This document shows positions 29,996 through 40,213 of a DNA stretch of 64,000 bases, piece after piece (position 1 is the stretch's first letter; each line of letters starts with the position of its first letter). The translations under genes and the position numbers were made by a program. The notes under the pieces are model-generated. The model was not told where the DNA came from, searched no databases, and saw only the letters and a program-made list of their open reading frames with translations. Source of the DNA: Candidatus Zhuqueibacterota bacterium (lineage in GTDB: Bacteria; Zhuqueibacterota; Zhuqueibacteria; Thermofontimicrobiales; Thermofontimicrobiaceae); NCBI GenBank assembly GCA_049322915.1, contig JBMOPW010000020.1, forward strand, positions 160,001-224,000. The letters run 5' to 3'.

Positions 29996-32389
29996 TTACT
30001 CATACCGCAGCGATTCCACTGGATTCGCCAATGTAACTTTCAATGTTTGTGATGTAACAGCAACCAGCGCTGTACCGAACGAAATGAAAATCACAAATAG
30101 ATATGTCCCGACGCCAATCCCTTGCATGTACAACAATCCAGTCTGCAATACTTGATTCCATCCAAAATGGATGATTGATAAGCCAATGACGTTGGCAAGG
30201 ACGACCAGCATGATAAATTCCCTGATCATGGTCCAGGTTACACGGATCATGGAAGCGCCAAGCACCTTGCGAATGCAGATTTCTTTTGTCCTCTGTTCTA
30301 CCAGGTAAGATACCAATCCCAGCAATCCCAGGCAGGAGAAAAATACGGCAACGAATCCAATCAAACCGAAAAAACCAGAGATTTTATTCACAAGTCCCAA
30401 AACATCCTGGAAATAATCATCAATGGATGTGCAGTCAAAAGGCAGATCAGGGAAAAAAACCAGCCATTGTTCTTTCAAGAGATGTTCGATGTCCTTGAAA
30501 TCATGGGCAGCAGAGTATTTGACCAGAAGATAATTTAAATCTTCAGGCGCTAAATATAAAGCGGCAGGAGGAATTTCAAAACCAATATCGGCAAAGAGAA
30601 AATCCTTTGCCACCCCGATTACCATGCCAGCCCTGTCCCCAATTATTATCTGTTTGCCAATCGGATCTTCAATATTCAATCTTTTGACAGCACTTTCATT
30701 CAGGATAATGCTGTTAACATCCTTGTTTTCCCTTGAAAAGCTTCTGCCGTTGGTCAGCTTCATCTCAAGGGCTTCGATAAAATTGTAGTCAACGCCGTAA
30801 GCCTCAATTGTTTTGGCGTCTTGCTCATTTTGCTCTGGCAGCCTGGCACGTTTTGGCGATGACCATATTAAAGGGATGTTAGCTGAAGCCGAAACAAGAT
30901 TTATCCCTGCCTGACGGGTAATTTCTGTTTTGAGAGCTTCGAGCCTGGGGCGAGATTCATCGGAAAGCTTCACCACAGCCAATCGCTCTCGATTGTAACC
31001 AAAGTCAGCTTTTAGCAGGTGATCCAGTTGGCCTTTTAATAAGCTTGCAAAGGCAATCAAGATGATCGACAAAGTAAATTGGGTGACGATTAAAATTTTG
31101 CTGCCACGTCTTTTTTTCTTGCCTGTCTGCAAGCTGCCTTTGAGCACTGCCTGGGGTTGAAATTTGGACAAAAAGAATGCTGGATAGGCGCCTGAAAATA
31201 TGCCCACTAAAAATGATGTGCCAACAAGATATTTCAACAGGAACGGATAGTTCCAGATCGAGTTGGAGACCTTCGGCGTGTACATCGTCGCTGAAAGCTT
31301 TCCGACATAAGCCGTGTAAATCGGTTCGATTAATTCATAAAGTATCAGGGCGACGGGTAACGCAATCAGCGATAACAAAACCGATTCGCTAATAAATTGA
31401 ATGATCAACTGCGAGCGTCGAGCGCCGATGACTTTTCGTACACCAACCTCTTGAACCCGCTGCATATATCTGGCAGTTGACAGGTTTATGAAATTAATGC
31501 TGACGATCAGCAGCAGGATGATTCCAATGCCCAAAATGATTACAATACCTGCCCGATTGCTGCTGCTCAGGAAAGAAGTAATATGTTCCGAATCCAGCCG
31601 AAAACTTAGAAAGGGGAAAAGATACATTTTCTTTGGTGATTCAGGCGTGTCTCCCAGGTATTTCTTTATCAGCGACTGGAATTTAGCCTCAAACTGTACC
31701 CGATCAAATTCTTCAGAGAGCAGCACAAAAGTAGCCAGTTGATTTTGTTTCCAGTCATCGGTTAAATGGTATAATGATCGGGCGGTCTCCATCGAGATCA
31801 GAAAATCAAATCTCATGGATGAAGTTCGGGGCACATTCTGAACAACTCCTGTAACAGTAACATCGCTATTTTTTTCAAGCGTCAGCACCTTTCCAATTGG
31901 ATCATGATTGCCGAAATATTTTTCGGCGAAGGCTTTGGTCAAAACAATCGAATTGGGTCTTGCCAGCGCTGTTTGTGGATTCCCCGCAATCATTTCAAAT
32001 GTGAAAAACGACAGAAAATTCGAGTCAACGAACAGGATGTTGCTTTCATAAAAAGCATCGGCTTCCCGCTTGATCGTCATTTTATTCACAGGATAAATTC
32101 TCAAGCCAGCTTCGATTCCAGGAAATTCATTTTGCAACGCATGGAGGAGTGGCATTGGCGTAAAGGCAGTGTGTTCCTCTTTTTTATTTTCCGATTGGAG
32201 CACCTGAACGACGCTGAAAATTCTCGTGGCATTTTTATGGAATTTATCCGCATTCAGTTTTACTCCCGCAGTTAAAGCAAAGATAGCAAATCCTGTCATC
32301 CCGACCGCCATTCCCAAAATGTTGATGAGAGAATAGGCTTTTTGTTTTTTCAGATTTCGTAATGCGACAAGTAAATAATTTTTGAACAT
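29996..32389 (-). CDS. MacB/FtsX-type ABC permease, array member B
   Basis: AAGGAG RBS, MFKNYLLVALRN...ANPVESLRYE; same architecture as member A. Confidence 0.95.
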   Translation of the reverse strand: MFKNYLLVALRNLKKQKAYSLINILGMAVGMTGFAIFALTAGVKLNADKFHKNATRIFSVVQVLQSENKKEEHTAFTPMPLLHALQNEFPGIEAGLRIYPVNKMTIKREADAFYESNILFVDSNFLSFFTFEMIAGNPQTALARPNSIVLTKAFAEKYFGNHDPIGKVLTLEKNSDVTVTGVVQNVPRTSSMRFDFLISMETARSLYHLTDDWKQNQLATFVLLSEEFDRVQFEAKFQSLIKKYLGDTPESPKKMYLFPFLSFRLDSEHITSFLSSSNRAGIVIILGIGIILLLIVSINFINLSTARYMQRVQEVGVRKVIGARRSQLIIQFISESVLLSLIALPVALILYELIEPIYTAYVGKLSATMYTPKVSNSIWNYPFLLKYLVGTSFLVGIFSGAYPAFFLSKFQPQAVLKGSLQTGKKKRRGSKILIVTQFTLSIILIAFASLLKGQLDHLLKADFGYNRERLAVVKLSDESRPRLEALKTEITRQAGINLVSASANIPLIWSSPKRARLPEQNEQDAKTIEAYGVDYNFIEALEMKLTNGRSFSRENKDVNSIILNESAVKRLNIEDPIGKQIIIGDRAGMVIGVAKDFLFADIGFEIPPAALYLAPEDLNYLLVKYSAAHDFKDIEHLLKEQWLVFFPDLPFDCTSIDDYFQDVLGLVNKISGFFGLIGFVAVFFSCLGLLGLVSYLVEQRTKEICIRKVLGASMIRVTWTMIREFIMLVVLANVIGLSIIHFGWNQVLQTGLLYMQGIGVGTYLFVIFISFGTALVAVTSQTLKVTLANPVESLRYE

Positions 32390-32406
32390 GATTTTCTCCT
32401 TCTCGT

Positions 32407-32563
32407 GCATAGCGCAGAGCGTTATACGTGGGACGAGAGACGGCAGACGTGAGACGAAAAAGTTGGCGTCTCACATTTCACGTTTGACGTTTCACGCAAA
32501 TTACGCTATGCGCTTATTCGTATCTCTAACTCTCCATCCGCCAAAGGACGGATTTCATCACTA
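32407..32563. repeat. Junction module between permeases C and B (nested heptamer hairpins + 47-nt terminal duplication)
   Basis: gcatagc-gcagagc-gttata-(cgtgaga-type)x4 ... (cgtttca-type)x4-gctatgc, then TTATTCGTATCTCTAACTCTCCATCCGCCAAAGGACGGATTTCATCACTA. Confidence 0.9.
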
Positions 32564-34987
32564 CTCACATCGCAAGGATTCAACTGGATTTGCCAGCGCT
32601 GCTTTAATCGATTGATAACTCACCGTAATCACTGCAATAATGAGCGCTAAAGTTCCTGCCAATAAAAATGTCCACCAGCTAATATGAATCCGATAAGCGA
32701 AGTTTTGTAACCATCGATTTACGGCAAAATAGGCAATTGGCCAGGCGATTATGTTTGAAATAAGAATCCATTTGACAAAATCTCGATTTAGCCACTGAAT
32801 GATATTTATAACCGAAGCACCAAGTACTTTACGGATGCCTATTTCTTTGGTGCGCTGCTTTGCAATAAATAGAGCCAAACCAAATAATCCAAGGCTGGCA
32901 ATAAACAATCCCATGATGGTAATAATACTTAATAATCGACTCACTTGCTCTTCAAACCGATATTGTCGATCGAAATCTTCATCGAGAAAAATTCCTTCAT
33001 ACGGGATCGATGGATGTAATTCACTCCATTTCGATTCGATGAATTTTAAAGTTTTATTTAAATTTTTAGTATTTAAAGACAATGTGATCACATTGAACAA
33101 AGATGGCTCATATTCCATAAAAAGGGGTTCTACAGTACTTTGCATTCCCTGATAATGAAAATTTTTTGTCACACCGACGATTTCCTTCTGGGTGAAGCCA
33201 CTATATATTTTCTTCCCAATCGCTTCTTCCGGTGAGCTCCAGCCGAGCAGTCCGACGGCAGCTTCATTAATAAGAAAGGCATTTTTCTCGTCATTTTGTT
33301 CTTTCAGGAAGGGGCGCCCAGCAACAAGCTCGATACCATATTCAGGGATAAAATCATGATCTACAGCCATATATTTCAAATCAAAAGGCTTTACCAAAAT
33401 ATCATTGCTAAAGCTTAATGAGTTATGAAGAACAGAACGCCCAGGGACGCTCGAAGATACGGTTGTACCAACAATCGCATGGTATTTATCGAATTCACTT
33501 TTCAACACTGTGTAATGGTCGCATACTTTTTTATTCATCCGAAACGGAATGACAAGTTTCTGCTCTTTGTTAAATCCCAACGATTGACTCTTCATAAAAT
33601 GAAGTTGGTTATAGATTGTGATCGTGCTTATGGTTAATAATATCGAAATCGCAAATTGTCCGATAACAAGTACCTTCAGGAGAAAAGTCCCACGTGAGTT
33701 GGTTACAGTTGATCCTTGAATCATAAGCGATGGTTTGAAGGCAGTCAAAATAAAAGCAGGATAACCGCCAGCAACAATACTGATAAATAATAAAAGACCC
33801 ACCAGCGCGAGAAGTACTGTCGGCTGAAAGAGTCCTCTGTGGGATAATTCAGTGCCAGCCATCTCGTTAAATAGGGGTAATAATATTTCTAACAACAGAA
33901 ATGCGAAAATCAATGCCAGGATGGTGATGATTATGGACTCACCCAAAAACTGCTTGATCAATTGAAATCGTTTGGCGCCGACAACCTTGCGCAAACCAAC
34001 TTCTTTGGTTCGATAAACCGACCGCACATTGGAAAGGTTTATGTAATTCATACAGCCAATTAATAAAATCAAAAATCCTATTACCGAATAAATGTATAGA
34101 TAAAGCTTGTTTCCTGGCGGTTCTATTTCATACCTCAGATTCGAATTGTAATGAATATCGAGTAACGGCTGCAAAAAATAGGTCCGTGTTTGTCCCCATA
34201 GGTCTAACTGTTTTTTGACATACTTGTAGGCAAGTCCACTGATTGACTCTTTGAATTCATTCACATTAGTGTTCGATCTGATCTTAACATACGTATACGC
34301 CGCACTGGAATGCCATTCTCGCAACAGAAAACCCCCTTCGTGTGTTTTCAAGGAGAGAAGTAAATCATATTTAAAATGAGAGTTTGAACGAGAGTTCTCG
34401 ATCACTCCAGTTACTATATAATCACAGACAGCAGGGAACGGCGCATAAAATCCACGAAATTCATAAATTGGATCTTTAATCTGGATTGTTTTACCGATTG
34501 GATTTTCATCTCCAAAATATTTCTTTGCCATATTTGTAGTCATCACGACCGTTCTTGGATTTTCTAATGCTGTTTCCGAATCACCTTGGATAAACGGCAT
34601 TGTAAATATTTTAAATATTTCCTGATCAACGTAGAACATTCGTTCCTCATAAAACGCCTTGTTTTCGTACCTGACAAATCCATCATTTAGTTGTAGGATT
34701 CTGGCTGCATGCTCAACCTGTGGGAAATCACTTTTCAGGACTGTCGCCACAACAGGACTGATTCGAGCAAATTTGAACTCGCCCAACGGAACCTTTCTAT
34801 ATTCGGCAATGCGATAAATTCTCACTGCGTCTTTATTGAATCGATCATACGACGATTCACTGGCGACATAAAGAAATATCACCATGCAGCAGGCGATTCC
34901 TATTGCCAGTCCTGCGATATTGATGGCAGAATATGTTTTATGCTTTTTAATATTTCGAAGAGTGATTTTCAAATAATTCTCTAGCAT
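32561..34987 (-). CDS. MacB/FtsX-type ABC permease, array member C (AT-rich)
   Basis: MLENYLKITLRN...ANPVESLRCE. Confidence 0.95.
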   Translation of the reverse strand: MLENYLKITLRNIKKHKTYSAINIAGLAIGIACCMVIFLYVASESSYDRFNKDAVRIYRIAEYRKVPLGEFKFARISPVVATVLKSDFPQVEHAARILQLNDGFVRYENKAFYEERMFYVDQEIFKIFTMPFIQGDSETALENPRTVVMTTNMAKKYFGDENPIGKTIQIKDPIYEFRGFYAPFPAVCDYIVTGVIENSRSNSHFKYDLLLSLKTHEGGFLLREWHSSAAYTYVKIRSNTNVNEFKESISGLAYKYVKKQLDLWGQTRTYFLQPLLDIHYNSNLRYEIEPPGNKLYLYIYSVIGFLILLIGCMNYINLSNVRSVYRTKEVGLRKVVGAKRFQLIKQFLGESIIITILALIFAFLLLEILLPLFNEMAGTELSHRGLFQPTVLLALVGLLLFISIVAGGYPAFILTAFKPSLMIQGSTVTNSRGTFLLKVLVIGQFAISILLTISTITIYNQLHFMKSQSLGFNKEQKLVIPFRMNKKVCDHYTVLKSEFDKYHAIVGTTVSSSVPGRSVLHNSLSFSNDILVKPFDLKYMAVDHDFIPEYGIELVAGRPFLKEQNDEKNAFLINEAAVGLLGWSSPEEAIGKKIYSGFTQKEIVGVTKNFHYQGMQSTVEPLFMEYEPSLFNVITLSLNTKNLNKTLKFIESKWSELHPSIPYEGIFLDEDFDRQYRFEEQVSRLLSIITIMGLFIASLGLFGLALFIAKQRTKEIGIRKVLGASVINIIQWLNRDFVKWILISNIIAWPIAYFAVNRWLQNFAYRIHISWWTFLLAGTLALIIAVITVSYQSIKAALANPVESLRCE

Positions 34988-35009
34988 GATTCATTTCCTT
35001 TGATTTTCC

Positions 35010-35076
35010 GCTTAGCGCAAAGAGCATGGCGCATCGCATCCTTTTCGCCATGCCCTTTGCTTTATACACCATACGC
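35010..35076. repeat. Junction heptamer hairpin between permeases D and C
   Basis: gcttagc-gcaaaga-gcatggc-gcatcgc / gccatgc-cctttgc-tttatac-accatac. Confidence 0.75.
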
Positions 35077-37476
35077 TTATTCGTATCTCAAACTCTTCAC
35101 TGGATTCGCCAGTGCCGCTTTAATCGAATGATAGCTGACTGTCAACAAAGCAATGAGCAAAGTTGCCGATCCAGCCACCACAAATGTCCACCATTCCAGG
35201 TTGATCCGATACGTGAAATTTTGCAGCCATTGCGTCAGGCAGTAATAGGCAACGGGCCAGGCGATGATGTTGGCAATCAACACCCATCTGGTGAAATTCC
35301 AGGTTAACGATGATACGATACCTGGGACGGATGCGCCGAGCACTTTTCGGATGCCGATCTCTTTGGTTCGCCGCTCGGCGGTAAAAGTGGCTAAACCGAA
35401 TATGCCGAGGCATGCGATAAAAATAGCCAATATGTTTGAATACATCAGAATCTGTCCCAGCTTCTGTTCCGATTGATACATCTGATTGAATTGATCATCG
35501 AGAAAAAAATGCTGAAAAGGATATCGAACCTTGAAGCGATTATACAGGCTCTCTATTTTTGCCAGTGTCTCATGGAAATTGCCTGGGATCATTCGGATCT
35601 GAATCCAATATGAATTGGGTCGGCATCGAATAATGACGGGTTTGATATTGAAATGTAACGGACGGGCATGGAAATCTTTCACCACGCCGATAATATTGTA
35701 TCTGGCATCCTGAGGGCCGCTCCATACCTGGGGTACCTGTTTGCCAATCGGATTGGCCCAGCCTATTTGTTTCACAAAGGTTTCATTCACGATCAGGGCT
35801 GTAGCTGAATCGCTACCAAACGCTTTTGAAAAATTCCGACCCTGCACCATACGCATCTTAAACAGATCGATGAAATTATAATCGACTTCGAGAAGCTGGT
35901 AATGCACCAGTTTATTTTCCCCATTGTCTTTTTGGAATTCGATCCCAGTTGCCCAATTAATGTTAGTGGGTAGCTCGCTTGAAGTCGTGACATCGACGAC
36001 TTTGGGAATTTGCAGCAGATCATTTTTGAATGCTTCAAAATTATTGGTGATTTCCGAATCCGCCTGTCGCAGCACTAAAATCTGTTCCCTCCTGAATCCC
36101 AGGTCTTTGTGTTTGATATAACCAATCTGCCGGTATATTACGAGTGAAGCAATCATCAAAACGATTGCGATGCTGAATTGGAACAAAACCAGAAAATTCC
36201 TGAGATTCATGCCTTTTTTTTGATCCGTATTTTTTGACCTTAAAATTATCACGGGCTTCATCGAAGACAGAACGATTGAAGGATAAATACCAGAGATCAG
36301 ACCCGTGGCGATGACAACGGCAATTAATCCGAGAATCTCAGTTTTATTTAGAAAGAAACTCCAGTCAATCGTTCGCTGAATGAATTGATTGAACACTGGC
36401 AGCAGCATGGTTACCAGCGTAATTGCAGCAACAAATGCCAGTACTGACATGAATAGCGATTCTCCTGTAAACTGCCCGAACAATTGGTGACGCATTGAGC
36501 CGACCACTTTTCGAACCCCGATTTCTTTGGCTCGCTTCGAGGCATTTGCTGTCGACAAATTCACGGCATTGATGCAGGCGATCAATAGGACAAATATGGC
36601 AACGACGGTGAATAGTCGAATCAAATAGATGTCCGTGGGCGCGCCGAGTTCATAGCGATAGCCTGATGTGAGATGAACCTGGTGCAGCGGCTGCAGAAAA
36701 TAGTTGAAATTCAATCGGAATTCCCAATCACCATATTTTGTTTTGGTAAAGTCATTGAGTTTTTTTTCAAACGCCCTGGCATCGCATCCAGGCTGCAATT
36801 TAATGAAGGAGTAGTAATTATCCCAATTCCAGGCATTCAATCGCCTGTCACGATCATCAGGCTGAAACTGACTTTCGAAGGGGAGAATCCAATCAAATTG
36901 AATGTTGGAATTTTCAGGCGCATTCTCGGCAATGCCAGCGACCGTAAAATCACCGAGCGAACATGTCAGCGTTTTTCCTAATGGATCGTCGTTGCCGAAA
37001 AGTTTTTGCACCAGCCGTTGGCTGATAATGATGTTTTGCAGGTTATCCAGAATTTTCTCTTTGTCACCTTTGATCAGCTTGAAAGAAAAAATATTGAAAA
37101 AATTTTTATCAGCCAATACGCCCGCTTCAAAGAAATGCATTTCATCTCGGGACAGCAATAGCTGATTAAAGGAGCTGAATCGGGTGGCAGATTCAACTTC
37201 AGGGAACGCTTCCATCAGCGCCGCAGCCAGTGGCGCAGGTGTAATTGCCAGCATGTCCTCCGTCGTTCCAAATTTTTCACCTGGCAATTGAAAAATAATG
37301 CGAAAAATGCGATTGGAGTGCTGGTGGAAATTATCGTAGCTAAGTTCGTATTGCACGAACAGCATAATGAGCATAAAGCAGGTCATTCCAATCACCAGTC
37401 CTGCAATATTAATGAACGAATATCCCTTATTTCTCTGGATATTTCGAAGGATTAATTTCAGGTAGTTATTGAACAT
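35077..37476 (-). CDS. MacB/FtsX-type ABC permease, array member D
   Basis: MFNNYLKLILRN...ANPVKSLRYE. Confidence 0.95.
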   Translation of the reverse strand: MFNNYLKLILRNIQRNKGYSFINIAGLVIGMTCFMLIMLFVQYELSYDNFHQHSNRIFRIIFQLPGEKFGTTEDMLAITPAPLAAALMEAFPEVESATRFSSFNQLLLSRDEMHFFEAGVLADKNFFNIFSFKLIKGDKEKILDNLQNIIISQRLVQKLFGNDDPLGKTLTCSLGDFTVAGIAENAPENSNIQFDWILPFESQFQPDDRDRRLNAWNWDNYYSFIKLQPGCDARAFEKKLNDFTKTKYGDWEFRLNFNYFLQPLHQVHLTSGYRYELGAPTDIYLIRLFTVVAIFVLLIACINAVNLSTANASKRAKEIGVRKVVGSMRHQLFGQFTGESLFMSVLAFVAAITLVTMLLPVFNQFIQRTIDWSFFLNKTEILGLIAVVIATGLISGIYPSIVLSSMKPVIILRSKNTDQKKGMNLRNFLVLFQFSIAIVLMIASLVIYRQIGYIKHKDLGFRREQILVLRQADSEITNNFEAFKNDLLQIPKVVDVTTSSELPTNINWATGIEFQKDNGENKLVHYQLLEVDYNFIDLFKMRMVQGRNFSKAFGSDSATALIVNETFVKQIGWANPIGKQVPQVWSGPQDARYNIIGVVKDFHARPLHFNIKPVIIRCRPNSYWIQIRMIPGNFHETLAKIESLYNRFKVRYPFQHFFLDDQFNQMYQSEQKLGQILMYSNILAIFIACLGIFGLATFTAERRTKEIGIRKVLGASVPGIVSSLTWNFTRWVLIANIIAWPVAYYCLTQWLQNFTYRINLEWWTFVVAGSATLLIALLTVSYHSIKAALANPVKSLRYE

Positions 37477-37495
37477 TTTTTTTCTCCGCTTTTTT

Positions 37496-37652
37496 GCATA
37501 TCGCAGAGCGTTATACGTGAGACGAAAGACGAAAGAATTTAGCGTCTCGCATCTCTCGTTTGACGTTTCACAAGTTTCACGCTATGCCCTTTGCACCCCA
37601 CGCTATTCGTACCTCCAACTTTCCATCCGCCAAAGGACGGATTTCATCACTA
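37496..37652. repeat. Junction module between permeases E and D
   Basis: Near-copy of 32407-32563. Confidence 0.9.
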
Positions 37653-40013
37653 CTCACAATGCAAGGATTCAACTGGATTTGTCACTGCCGCTTTGATTGC
37701 TTGATAACTCACCGTAAAAATTGAGATCACCAGCACCACCATCGCTGACAGCACAAAAGGCTCCCATCCCAGATTGATTCGATAGGAAAAGCCTTGCAGC
37801 CATTGGCTCGCTGCCCAATACGCCACAGGCCAGGAGATAATGTTGGCAATAAGTACCCACAGGGTAAATTCTCCGGACAGCAGCAGAACGATGCCCGCAA
37901 CCTTTGCGCCCAATACTTTGCGGATGCCGATCTCTTTGGTGCGTCGTCCCGCCATGAACGACGCCAGTCCGAACAGCCCCAGGCAAGCGATGAAGATAGC
38001 CAGCCCTGAGAAATAGCCAAAAATTTTTCCGATCTTACGTTCGGTCGTGTATAAATTTTCAATTGATTCGTCAAGGAATTGGTATCGAAATGGATGTCCG
38101 GGAACGAACTTTTTCCACTTTTGCTCTAAATAACTGACGATCCCTTGTTCGCTGCCACTGTATTTAACGCAGACGAAGAAACCGTTGCGCAAGCTAATAA
38201 CTTTTGGCTGGATGAAATTCCGCAGCGAGCCGCCATGATAGTCCTTCACCACACCGATGATCGTGCCCGTTTTCCCATTGATCGTCAGGCGCTTGCCGAT
38301 CGGCTCATTCAAATCCATTCTTTTGATGGCCGATTCATTCAGAACAAAATTGGCGTCATCGCTGATGAACTCCCGTGAATAAAATCGACCTGCTGCCATT
38401 TTTAAACCAAAGGTTTTTAAAAAATCATAGTCGCCCAAATCGGAAAAAAGCATGATTTCTCTGGTCGGATCTTTGCCTTCCCACTGGACTTGTGTCGTTC
38501 CGCCAAAACCAGGCCCAGGTGGAAATGCCTGGCTCACGCTGAGAATATTTGGATTTTGGAGCAACTCATTTTTGGCGGCTTCGAAATTCATGCCGTATTG
38601 ACCATACGAGGCAAATGAAATGATATTATTCTGGTCAAAGCCCAAATCTTTATTCTGAATAAAATGAAGCTGCCAATAAATAACCGCAGTCAGGATGATC
38701 AGTGTGATGGTGATCGAGAACTGGCTGACCACGAGCACCTTCCGCAGGGCGCCGCCTTTGCCAGCGCTGAATTGAGCCATGGCTCTAAAAACGCCCGCAG
38801 GCTGAAATGATGATAAATAGAGAGCAGGGTAACTGCCTGAAACAATACCTGTTAATATGACAATCCCTAACAAGACGAACAATGAACTCAAATTTTTCGT
38901 CGGGTCGAGCGAAAGCTGCTTGCTGGCAAGCGAGTTAAAAGTCGGCAGTAGAATTTCCACAAGAATGATGCTTACAAATAGCGCTAAAAATGATAACAGT
39001 AAGGTTTCACCCAGAAACTGGATGATGATATCCCGCCGCTGGGCGCCAGTCACTTTGCGGATGCCGATTTCTTTCGCTCGTGCGCCGGAGCGGGCGGTCG
39101 AAAGGTTGGTGAAATTGATGCAGGCTAATGCCAGGATCAAGATGGCGACGATAGAAAAAATGTAAATATACGTGATATTACCTGGATTGGGGTAGACAAT
39201 GTTCCAGCTATTCAGGTGCATCGAATGTAAATGAACTGATTTTAACGGCTGGAGGTCGAGGGTGATTTTGGAATCGGGAATATTTTTGATGACCATGCCC
39301 GCCATTTTTTGTTTGAGATCATTCAGATCGATATTTTTTTTGGTCAGGATATAGGTCGTAAACTGAGTGTATGTCCAGCTATCCAGCTTGGATTCCCGCC
39401 ATTCGGTCATGTTGATGACAGGGAAGATGTAGTCGAACTGGAGATGGGAATTGTGCGGAATATCTTTCATGACTCCTGTGACCTTCAAATCCGTATCCGA
39501 CATCTGAACGATTTTCCCCATTGGCTCGTCATCGCCAAATATTTTTTTCGCTAACCTTTCGGTGAGCACAATTGAATAGCGATCGTGTAAAGCCGTTTTG
39601 GGATCGCCTTTGAGAAATGGAAATTGAAATATTTCAAAGAAAGAAGGATCGGCGCAGGCCAGCTTTTCGGTTATAAAAATTTTGTCGCCCAGATGAAGAT
39701 ACCAGTTCGACCAGCCTGATTGGACTCGAGTGAAATTTTCAACTTCGGGATATTCTTCAACCAGTGTAGGACCAATGAGTGAAGGTGATCCAACCGAGCG
39801 AATTAAATTGCCGCCCGACCTGTCTTCGGAAATGACCCGAAAAATGTGATCGTTATTTTTGTGGAATCGATCCCAACTCAATTCATCTTGCACCCACAGC
39901 AGGATGAGCGTACAGACGGCCATGCCAATAGCCAGTCCGATGACATTCAAGAACGAATAGCCTTTATAGCGTTTGATGTTTCGCAGTGCAATTGTCAAAT
40001 AATTTTTGAACAT
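37650..40013 (-). CDS. MacB/FtsX-type ABC permease, array member E
   Basis: AAGGAG RBS, MFKNYLTIALRN...TNPVESLHCE. Confidence 0.95.
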   Translation of the reverse strand: MFKNYLTIALRNIKRYKGYSFLNVIGLAIGMAVCTLILLWVQDELSWDRFHKNNDHIFRVISEDRSGGNLIRSVGSPSLIGPTLVEEYPEVENFTRVQSGWSNWYLHLGDKIFITEKLACADPSFFEIFQFPFLKGDPKTALHDRYSIVLTERLAKKIFGDDEPMGKIVQMSDTDLKVTGVMKDIPHNSHLQFDYIFPVINMTEWRESKLDSWTYTQFTTYILTKKNIDLNDLKQKMAGMVIKNIPDSKITLDLQPLKSVHLHSMHLNSWNIVYPNPGNITYIYIFSIVAILILALACINFTNLSTARSGARAKEIGIRKVTGAQRRDIIIQFLGETLLLSFLALFVSIILVEILLPTFNSLASKQLSLDPTKNLSSLFVLLGIVILTGIVSGSYPALYLSSFQPAGVFRAMAQFSAGKGGALRKVLVVSQFSITITLIILTAVIYWQLHFIQNKDLGFDQNNIISFASYGQYGMNFEAAKNELLQNPNILSVSQAFPPGPGFGGTTQVQWEGKDPTREIMLFSDLGDYDFLKTFGLKMAAGRFYSREFISDDANFVLNESAIKRMDLNEPIGKRLTINGKTGTIIGVVKDYHGGSLRNFIQPKVISLRNGFFVCVKYSGSEQGIVSYLEQKWKKFVPGHPFRYQFLDESIENLYTTERKIGKIFGYFSGLAIFIACLGLFGLASFMAGRRTKEIGIRKVLGAKVAGIVLLLSGEFTLWVLIANIISWPVAYWAASQWLQGFSYRINLGWEPFVLSAMVVLVISIFTVSYQAIKAAVTNPVESLHCE

Positions 40014-40030
40014 GATTTTCTCCTTAGCTT

Positions 40031-40213
40031 GCGTGGGGGAACGCATGGCGCAGAGCGTTATACGTGAGACGTGAGACGAAAGACGCGAGACGAAAGAATT
40101 TAGCGTCGCACATCTCTCCTTTGACGTTTAACAAGATTCACGCAATGCCCTTTGCACCCCCCTCTATTCGTACTTCCAACTCTCCATCCGCCAAAGGACG
40201 GATTTCATCACTA
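40031..40213. repeat. Junction module between permeases F and E
   Basis: Near-copy of 32407-32563 and 37496-37652, with five cgtgaga-type units in the left inner arm. Confidence 0.9.

Noticed and set aside
40164..40208. Functional mini-ORF MKSVLWRMESWKYE starting in the TGATGA overlap after the permease stops
   Set aside because: The copy after gene C has an internal TAG and the copy after gene A has lost its stop, which fits a decaying relic better than a conserved peptide.
27527..40213. CRISPR array interpretation of the recurring ATCCGCCAAAGGACGGATTTCATCACTACTCAC repeat
   Set aside because: Copies are kilobases apart, separated by whole genes and overlapping their stop codons; there are no 30-40-nt spacers and no cas genes.
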